Shown here: one piece after another, positions 60,101 to 64,000 of the stretch
How the letters are laid out: each line of letters starts with the position of its first letter
Position numbering within the stretch: the stretch's first letter is position 1
Notes under the pieces: model-generated
What the model was told of the DNA's origin: nothing
Seen by the model: the letters and a program-made list of their open reading frames with translations, nothing else
Databases searched by the model: none
Source of the DNA: Owenia fusiformis
Lineage: Eukaryota
Length of the DNA: 64,000 bases
Direction of reading: 5' to 3'
NCBI GenBank assembly: GCA_903813345.2
Contig: CAIIXF020000001.1
Location: 9,176,001-9,240,000, forward strand
Position numbers and translations under genes: made by a program

Positions 60101-60793
60101 TCATTCTTGACATTTTACAATCAGTGGTCCCGTTGCTATTTCAAATGATTGAATTGTTTCTGGCATGGACTTTTTAATTTCCCTGTTGCCCTCCATATCT
60201 CAACATCCAATGTAGCCAAGCTAATGAGATTGTGAAATTCAATCAAGCTCAAAATGTTTGGCCGCATTATGTATATGGCTCCCTAATCCCTCCTTGTAAT
60301 ATCCAACACATCTTCAACATGGCCTGAGTGCACTCCTGTCAAAGCTCAAATAGCAGTTTGCCTCATTCTAAATGATACTCATTTTGCATAAGTAAACAGA
60401 ACCCATCGATTCATGGTTACTTTATCAGTGTCACAGTGCACCTATACACAACCAGGATATCCTGTTTTTTCACAGTCTGTTGACTCCTTTTTTAACAGAA
60501 TTTATCCATGCGATGTTTAACATCTAGGACAACTAACTCAAACAAGCATGTGTGGAACCTCAATACATGTACTGTGCATAAAAAGCTAATCATTCGGGAT
60601 ATCATTTTTATCCATGAAATAATAATGATATCCACTCATGGTTCTCTCCTATACTCACCCCCGAGGCTGCATCAACCAGAGTTTGGGTAAGGATGATGTT
60701 AAATACTGCATGTGAGCGACTGGATTCATTATTCATGTTGGTGGCAGCCACTGTACGAGATTTGTTACCTTCACTCATAAGATTGTCCACATC
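117..60793 (-). CDS. KIF13: Kinesin-3 family motor, KIF13A/KIF13B (Khc-73/KLP-4)-like; partial spliced gene with 24 coding exons in the window
   Basis: Exons join in frame at GT-AG sites: 60659-60793, 29836-29948, 28086-28197, 24858-25070, 22713-22865, 15544-15678, 13926-14065, 12448-12557, 12014-12163, 11633-11804, 11282-11444, 10876-11022, 9232-9384, 8688-8822, 8093-8263, 7783-7934, 7394-7526, 6249-6492, 5902-6028, 5593-5648, 5272-5396, 4716-4931, 1114-1323, 117-170. Motifs include [45 protein letters not shown], an FHA domain and KIF13-type stalk motifs ([18 protein letters not shown]). Confidence 0.96.
486..600. repeat. Imperfect inverted repeat (hairpin), probable transposon remnant
   Basis: CCTATGATT…TACTCA..ATATGATTTTCATCCA pairs with TGGATAAAAATCATATCATGAGTAAATCATAGG. 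Confidence 0.6.
1114..1323 (-). CDS. KIF13: KIF13 exon ([30 protein letters not shown]…[27 protein letters not shown])
   Basis: 210 nt, cag|GAG...CAG|gtaggt. Confidence 0.94.
3146..3232 (-). CDS. KIF13: Candidate 87-nt in-frame cassette exon ([29 protein letters not shown])
   Basis: ttttgtttgattttattcacctag|CAA...AGT|gtaagt; phase 0/0, 29 codons, no stop. Confidence 0.55.
4716..4931 (-). CDS. KIF13: KIF13 exon ([22 protein letters not shown]…KKRISKF)
   Basis: 216 nt, cag|GTG...TTT|gtaagt. Confidence 0.93.
5272..5396 (-). CDS. KIF13: KIF13 exon ([42 protein letters not shown])
   Basis: 125 nt, cag|CT...GAG|gtaggt. Confidence 0.9.
5593..5648 (-). CDS. KIF13: KIF13 exon ([18 protein letters not shown])
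   Basis: 56 nt, cag|G...G|gtaagc. Confidence 0.9.
5902..6028 (-). CDS. KIF13: KIF13 exon ([43 protein letters not shown])
   Basis: 127 nt, tag|AT...TG|gttagt. Confidence 0.93.
6249..6492 (-). CDS. KIF13: KIF13 exon ([13 protein letters not shown]…[18 protein letters not shown]…MHKE)
   Basis: 244 nt, cag|GGT...G|gtatgc. Confidence 0.94.
6906..7379. mobile_element. PIF/Harbinger-type MITE, 474 bp
   Basis: 27-bp TIRs TGGCCTAGTCACATAGCCCGGCCGATG / CATCGGCCGGGCTATGTGACTAGGCCA, TTA target duplication (6903-6905, 7380-7382), GC/CpG-rich interior. Confidence 0.92.
7394..7526 (-). CDS. KIF13: KIF13 exon ([28 protein letters not shown]…GGIYQIRQ)
   Basis: 133 nt, cag|G...CAG|gtattt. Confidence 0.93.
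7783..7934 (-). CDS. KIF13: KIF13 exon ([27 protein letters not shown]…SLLDR)
   Basis: 152 nt, tag|GAA...AG|gttagt. Confidence 0.93.
8093..8263 (-). CDS. KIF13: KIF13 exon ([25 protein letters not shown]…MFNHMK)
   Basis: 171 nt, cag|GTG...AAG|gtaagt. Confidence 0.93.
8433..8704. repeat. Degenerate 24-bp minisatellite derived from the exon end and 5' splice site
   Basis: Unit about GGTGAACTTACCCTGCATATGAGA, roughly 11 diverged copies. Confidence 0.8.
8688..8822 (-). CDS. KIF13: KIF13 exon ([12 protein letters not shown]…[10 protein letters not shown])
   Basis: 135 nt, cag|GTT...AGG|gtaagt; the donor is duplicated downstream. Confidence 0.9.
9232..9384 (-). CDS. KIF13: KIF13 exon ([51 protein letters not shown])
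   Basis: 153 nt, cag|GAT...GAG|gtaaga. Confidence 0.94.
9883..10030. repeat. Degenerate ~30-bp tandem repeat
   Basis: About 5 copies of ATGAGTAATAATGGGC..AAATCACA. Confidence 0.6.
10876..11022 (-). CDS. KIF13: KIF13 exon ([49 protein letters not shown])
   Basis: 147 nt, cag|CGA...ATG|gtagat. Confidence 0.92.
11282..11444 (-). CDS. KIF13: KIF13 exon ([29 protein letters not shown]…[15 protein letters not shown])
   Basis: 163 nt, cag|A...AAG|gtaata. Confidence 0.93.
11633..11804 (-). CDS. KIF13: KIF13 exon ([20 protein letters not shown]…YQQWAAER)
   Basis: 172 nt, tag|AT...AG|gtaaga. Confidence 0.92.
12014..12163 (-). CDS. KIF13: KIF13 exon (…[35 protein letters not shown])
   Basis: 150 nt, phase 1/1, tag|GT...G|gtaagt. 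Confidence 0.92.
12448..12557 (-). CDS. KIF13: KIF13 exon: FHA ([36 protein letters not shown])
   Basis: 110 nt, cag|A...A|gtaagt. Confidence 0.93.
13214..13561. mobile_element. Degenerate TA-flanked MITE (Tc1/mariner-like)
   Basis: Ends TACTGTA(C)TTCC … GGAATACAGTA; internal ATTTCGC/TTTCGTG subrepeats. Confidence 0.6.
13926..14065 (-). CDS. KIF13: KIF13 exon: FHA ([47 protein letters not shown])
   Basis: 140 nt, tag|GAT...CG|gtgagt. Confidence 0.93.
15544..15678 (-). CDS. KIF13: KIF13 exon: CC1 end to FHA start ([45 protein letters not shown])
   Basis: 135 nt, cag|GAG...AAG|gtaagt. Confidence 0.95.
19984..22310. mobile_element. HINE/pearl-like (Helentron-associated) non-autonomous element with an internal satellite array
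   Basis: Head ACAAGGCATTAACATGACAAAATGTCACCACC; about 15 tandem core units; GGACGCCAACCGCC short repeats; terminal hairpin TATGTCACCAC-ttttg-GTGGTGACATA followed by an A-run. Confidence 0.85.
20040..22120. repeat. Tandem array of alternating 135/136-bp and 148-bp units
   Basis: The anchor GATGATTT recurs at 20107, 20242, 20390, 20525, 20673, 20809, 20957, 21092, 21240, 21388, 21524, 21672, 21808, 21976, 22101. Confidence 0.95.
22713..22865 (-). CDS. KIF13: KIF13 exon: hinge plus CC1 ([51 protein letters not shown])
   Basis: 153 nt, cag|AAG...CAG|gtagag; the ESEKLI...TWEQKL CC1 motif is present; an alternative in-frame acceptor is possible at 22826. Confidence 0.9.
24128..24163 (-). CDS. KIF13: Candidate 36-nt in-frame cassette exon ([12 protein letters not shown])
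   Basis: Pyrimidine tract tttgtatttttatttatccccacttaag|GTT...CAG|gtagtt; phase 0/0, no stop. Confidence 0.55.
24858..25070 (-). CDS. KIF13: KIF13 exon: motor end, neck linker and neck coil ([11 protein letters not shown]...[27 protein letters not shown])
   Basis: 213 nt, tag|GAT...CAG|gtgaga. Confidence 0.95.
28086..28197 (-). CDS. KIF13: KIF13 exon: helix 4 / loop 12 ([37 protein letters not shown])
   Basis: 112 nt, cag|A...AAG|gtatgt. Confidence 0.95.
29520..29783. mobile_element. Truncated or degenerate PIF/Harbinger-like MITE
   Basis: CpG-rich island; CAGTCACATTT (29568) / AAATGTGACTGGGGTG+TTA right end, similar to the TIR at 6906. Confidence 0.5.
29836..29948 (-). CDS. KIF13: KIF13 exon: motor switch II ([38 protein letters not shown])
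   Basis: 113 nt, tag|GTA...AA|gtaagt; translated by hand, not in the ORF track. Confidence 0.95.
31470..32138. mobile_element. Second, more diverged copy of the 19984 HINE-like family
   Basis: Same head and same tail (GTCTAAACAGTATTTGTTAAGTTAT…GGAGACCATAACAATATGTCACCAC); about 4 diverged core units; hairpin damaged. Confidence 0.85.
32248..33931. mobile_element. HINE/pearl-like element, family 2, with a ~162-bp core array and GACA/GACG microsatellite
   Basis: Head AACAAGAACAC…TATGTCCCCACC; about 6 units (CAAAATGGC at 32362, 32524, 32686, 32848, 33008, 33171, 33334); microsatellite 33817-33881; terminal hairpin …GGTGGGGACATAAAAA. Confidence 0.88.
35237..35366. mobile_element. TA-flanked CAGT…ACTG MITE (Tc1/mariner-pogo-like)
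   Basis: TA|CAGTAAAAC … GTTTTACTG|TA; internal AACACCT motifs. Confidence 0.7.
36173..36293. mobile_element. Miniature array-less relative of HINE family 1
   Basis: CAAAATATCACCACCTGCC head; GGAGACTATAACAATATGTGACCAC…GGTGACATAAA tail. Confidence 0.7.
37587..39290 (-). CDS. Uncharacterised Ser/Asn-rich, probably disordered protein (intronic, same strand as KIF13); first ATG at 39119 gives 510 aa
   Basis: Frame is open from 39491 to 37587 (about 1.9 kb) in AT-rich DNA; the track start is a TTG; first in-frame ATG is in ACAATGG context (MGNKHSGK); no recognisable domain. Confidence 0.75.
   Translation of the reverse strand: MNKSNTEWKDGLTNRVLNNKFPSCNSFKLAVNLLSINNEIVTKVGGNSGGLNDYQETMGNKHSGKVSSEESLQEIKASNLYVTRSSENAHSDEETTMNNNMSTRLEENLNDEIDNLVVTSPDLNEDQHVEASRNVKLTYLTNNVADAVYSNSRSISEASFKTVQFGSAQSLKLDRQDESKFDDHNNSPKTNNSTDSAYNSYAIQSKKNSPTGSIIYANPSSLDGAKQGSNDYMHNTVVGTKEKMGTPIRKSNDYYRRPIINPLPIECDSDNLSLKSDLCGLQSFNSISVNDETAENNSSAILPQVLGNNVIDCQYDVDQTGYLQSDHAVSTNHKVVCEGTESSHSNCETNESSNMGINTSSSRVMSRPPTGQSGAIDIVEEQTVSPKKRRLSLKRKNSQSKLHNENKPEDRTNLSDPDISLDKEPDHDRDKPSVSIEDSTASLRSRSNSSPHAKYALLSSNSSHGSSSRTPVTPSQVQVDDNADNNEIESLISEELNKPTNGTETNSMTESYSSVNTVEEPQKLEDMDFLSLLRHLRKDTAPYAPKDYKPPIELCKKKKKKKVVVST
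40933..41065. mobile_element. Miniature array-less relative of HINE family 1
   Basis: AACAAGGCATTTACATGCAAAATGTCACCACC head; GGAGACCAGAACAATATGTCACCAC…GTGGTGAGATAAAAA tail. Confidence 0.75.
42127..42301. mobile_element. TA-flanked CAGT…ACTG MITE, same family
   Basis: TA|CAGTGAAAACTGT … ACAGGTTTTACTG|TA. Confidence 0.75.
42826..43425. mobile_element. TTAA-flanked foldback MITE (Kolobok-like), 600 bp with ~190-bp inverted arms
   Basis: TTAA|AGGAACATTCCTTGCCAGAC … GTCTGGCAAGGAATACCCCT|TTAA; arms pair as far as GAAGTGATGTCATCGACTCTCA / TGAGAGTCGATGACATCACTTC. Confidence 0.85.
45005..45345. repeat. 30-bp minisatellite with two unit variants
   Basis: GGCAACATAC/T recurs at 45041, 45071, 45101, 45131, 45161, 45191, 45222; variants TTTGCAAAAGGTAGAGCCTT and TGCACTACAGGCAGCCCCTT. 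Confidence 0.85.
45788..45955. mobile_element. Miniature HINE family 1 relative, apparently nested in a TA-flanked MITE (about 45693-46022)
   Basis: CATTAACATGCAAAATGTCACCACC head and GGAGACTATAACAATATGTCACCAC tail; flanks carry GAACACCTCT…/…AGTCCC…TTACTGTA motifs of the MITE family. Confidence 0.65.
47047..48037 (+). CDS. Nested antisense LRR transmembrane protein, coding exon 1 (signal peptide, LRRNT, about a dozen LRRs)
   Basis: Hydrophobic N-terminus (alternative ATG at 47071), ECPPQCSVC…C cap, repeated LxxLxLxxNxI/L motifs; donor GATA|gtaagt, phase 1. Confidence 0.9.
49585..49704. repeat. 40-bp tandem repeat, 3 copies
   Basis: AACATAAGAATAAATTGCTATTAGAAATATACAAGCGTAT at 49585, 49625, 49665. 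Confidence 0.9.
50822..51661. mobile_element. Non-autonomous hAT element, 840 bp
   Basis: TIRs TAGGGGTCCCACGAT / ATCGCGGGACCCCTA; perfect 8-bp TSD GTGTCAAC (50814-50821, 51662-51669); clustered subterminal CGATAC/GTATCG motifs. Confidence 0.92.
53049..53743 (+). CDS. Nested antisense LRR transmembrane protein, coding exon 2 (LRRCT, S/T-rich stalk, TM helix, short cytoplasmic tail)
   Basis: tttgcag|CA acceptor restores the LRR LLILDTNKL across the junction; NPWHCDC…C…[30 protein letters not shown] followed by RKH; spliced product about 561 aa. Confidence 0.9.
55884..57145. mobile_element. HINE/pearl-like element, family 3, with a 135-bp core array and GGAC microsatellite
   Basis: Head ATCCCATCGAAC is the reverse complement of tail GTTCGATGGGAT; 6 units (55941, 56076, 56211, 56365, 56500, 56635); (GGAC)n 57031-57101; terminal hairpin followed by an A-run. 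Confidence 0.88.
60659..60793 (-). CDS. KIF13: KIF13 exon: motor switch I ([45 protein letters not shown])
   Basis: 135 nt, tag|GAT...GGG|gtgagt, phase 0/0. Confidence 0.95.
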
Positions 60794-60881
60794 CTAGAAA
60801 ATAACAACAAATGGATATATAGATATAGAATAATGCATATAGTCTAATATATCACATGTGCATTTTCATGAAATACATGTA

Positions 60882-61043
60882 CAGTGAAACCTGTTAAGTA
60901 GAAACACCTCTGCAAGTGGAGCACTGTTCAGAGTCCCAAAACCAACTGACTTAATGTTAAATGAACCTCGATAAGTGGAACACCTCCCAAGTGGAACACT
61001 TTTTAGAGATACCAAATGTGTTCCACTTAAGAAAGTTTTACTG
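60882..61043. mobile_element. TA-flanked CAGT…ACTG MITE, same family
   Basis: TA|CAGTGAAACCT … AGTTTTACTG|TA; interior similar to 42127-42301. Confidence 0.75.
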
Positions 61044-64000
61044 TACAATAGTTTTTTAAAATGTAAGCAACTAGTACAGCAAATGTTAACCTACAACTTA
61101 ACCTAAAAATTGTAAATAGGTTAATATTTTCGAAATGGGGTGATGCGAATACATACATTTACATTAGAATGTTCATGAGACAAAGCATCTCTTTGAAACA
61201 GTTGACTTTGACCATTAGTATGAGAAAACATCAAATAATTAATCAACTTTTCTAATATCATACCATCTTGCCAACAGTCAATAACCACATTTGTGCTATC
61301 TTGTCATGGCCTGTTGAATAATATGCTATTAAATCAAGAACTCTAAACTACAGGGACCATGAATTTAGATAAATATTAGAATTGTTGATGATAGTTTGTT
61401 TACTGGCTTGGAATTGATTCAATTGTAAGGCATGACAGCATCGATTCTGGGCCATACACGATGAAAGATTATTTGTCATTTGAGACTAGTGGCAACTTAA
61501 ATTGATAAAGAACCCTAAGGGATAACTAGGACTATTCTTGGAGATTTACATCATGATTCTACATGATTTCAACAACCCACGTTTGTGATGTGTAATGCCA
61601 CGGGGGTTTGTTTCAATTTTGCAAATCAGGGATGTAATGAAGTTTACCAAGGGGGTAATTAATATTACAATTTAATTGAAAGAAATGATCTGAATGCTGA
61701 CTTATGTGAATCTTATATTTCTGTCTAAGTTATTCAAAAAAATTGACAATATAATATAATATAAAATACTTATAGAGTAGAAACAATAGAGATGACTGCG
61801 TTTTAACAATGCTGTAATGTTTGTAATTTATAATCTTGTATTGTATTGTATTGTATTGTATATACATGTATATTATTTAAATCAAAAATCAATGCTGTGA
61901 TTGTCTCTTCTTTCCATCATTTAAGAAATGAGGCCAAGACAGAGTAAAATTGGATAAATGAAACATCCATGGCTAATTAAATATGTTTCTGGACAATCCT
62001 GGTTTGTATCAGAATGGCCAATGTTGTAGTGGCCATCACACCACAGTTTATACAGCTAAGTGTGTCACTCCACAATTCATATACAGTAGTGTCCCCTGAG
62101 ACATCACTCAAGACATCTCAGCAACCAAGATATTGATTTTCGGATATAGGAGGTTACAAAAGTCTAATCTTACCACAAATATTATTCAATCTGATAATTT
62201 TCAAATTACGGATAATTTTTGTCACAATTACATGTAAATCAAAAAATAATAATATTATATTTGAAATACATTTTACACTAAGTGGTGTTTCAGATTTAAG
62301 ACTGAAAAAGAAAGTGAAATATTCAGAAAATAAGGCAAAGAAATGTGATTTTCTTGCTAAGATTCATGCTATATTATAGAACAGTTGGATAATGTTTGCA
62401 ATAAATCTAACTAATGACTACATTGGGACTGATCTAGGGATAGCCATTTGTTAGCAAGACACGCAAAGACAAAATGATAATGCACATCGTGATTATTAAC
62501 ACTAATTTTAACATCCACAGGTATATTCTATAAATATTGCCTGATTAAGAACTGAACTGACATGCGAATGAACAAATAATCACACTGCTAGGAGATGATG
62601 AGTAGAGGGTGGCTTTTGCTAATTAACTCAGACATTTTATATGTAGGATTGCGTACTGACATGACGTGCATAAAGAATAGGAGTCAAAATAGCTCCATTA
62701 ATTCCAAAACAACACTAAACCCCAATTTTTGTGTCTGAATGTTAGAGTCCATATTTTCAGTGTTTGAAGGGAACAAATTCAGATGTGAAAACTCTCCAAT
62801 GTTTATCTATTTTCAGCTCTTCTTTGGTCAATCAAACCAATATTCTATGAGATAGGATTTTTAAACTAAATGTGCTAAATGCACATCATGATAAGAGAGA
62901 GATCAAATAGAGCATTTTGATTGGCTTTGGGAACCATTCACATACCAATAAATACATAAATATGACAATGTGTCTTTTGACCCAGTAGAAAGTGACAATG
63001 TTATATGTACTGACTCAACTCCCTAAGATCCATTTTACGATTTCTATAAAATATTCATCAAGTAGAGAAACTTAAAATAAAACTAGTCATACAGTGTTCT
63101 TATTAAGGTTTGTATTCATCACAAGCTAATGATTAGCCCCTTGTACAAATGCCATGCGTCCCGAAACCAATAAACTTGGAATAACGATCAGTCTATAAAT
63201 GGCTTAAGGACACTGAAAATATGAGTCAAAATTATCCTTAAAGAGGTTAATCAAATCTAATTATTTGCAATGAATTTATTAAGTTCCATTCTAAAATAAG
63301 GATGGTTAAGCGTGCACAGTGAAACAATTAACTTGCACCATAAATGTGATTTAGAATTGAACACCGACTTAGTGCTTGGTTTAATTGCCAATTGACTTTC
63401 ATCAAATCCCTATAATCCGTGTCAGTTTCCAATCAGAAGTGGCTGACATATGATCAGACACAAGCAAACGTCAACAGAGGCTTCAGATTGCGGGGTACAA
63501 TCCCAAATTACAAGTCACTAAATAACTACCTCAAGGATTTATTAGAGGTTTTAATACTAAAATACTAGTTCTTTGAATCTCTAAATGGCATACTACAATA
63601 AGTTTTGTGAAATTACAAAATACATTCTCGAGATCAAGTGATATTTTCCATTGATAATATTTATTATGACAAGTATAGGAATTAGCGTGTGATACCATAT
63701 GATTTTGAGTGATTATCATCAGTTGATATGTAATATTTGACATTTTACTAATACCAAATGTAAACGTGTGAATGTATTTTTGCCATAAAATTTTTTAACT
63801 GATATTAACTTATTCCAGAGTTAAATGATTCAAATCAAATTTTCCAAATGATTGTTCGGCCATTGTTATTGTCAGACTCGCATTAAGTCAAGCAGCAAAT
63901 TTCTGATCAGACATGACACCACATCTAAAGGTTTAAAAGCTATATTCAATGGTTTCATAGAAATCTGCAAAAATATGATATTTTTCTCCTAGTTATAATA

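Overview
AT-rich animal genomic DNA; the repeat types suggest a mollusc or other lophotrochozoan, which is an inference. The whole window lies inside one minus-strand kinesin-3 gene of the KIF13/Khc-73 type. I traced 24 phase-consistent GT-AG coding exons (3519 nt, 1173 codons) from motor switch I through neck coil, FHA and stalk; the gene's 5' and 3' ends lie outside the window. A 30.7-kb intron (29949-60658) splits the motor domain and holds two nested coding units: an antisense two-exon LRR transmembrane gene (about 561 aa) and a same-strand, uninterrupted ORF of at least 510 aa. That ORF looks disordered, has an MGxxxS start and ends in a Cys-polylysine tail. There are also two candidate in-frame cassette exons and a 24-bp minisatellite built from a duplicated splice donor. 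The introns carry many non-autonomous DNA transposons: HINE/pearl-like elements with satellite cores (one with a higher-order repeat), and PIF/Harbinger, hAT, TTAA-foldback and TA-flanked MITEs. No RNA genes, CRISPR arrays or prokaryotic features were seen.
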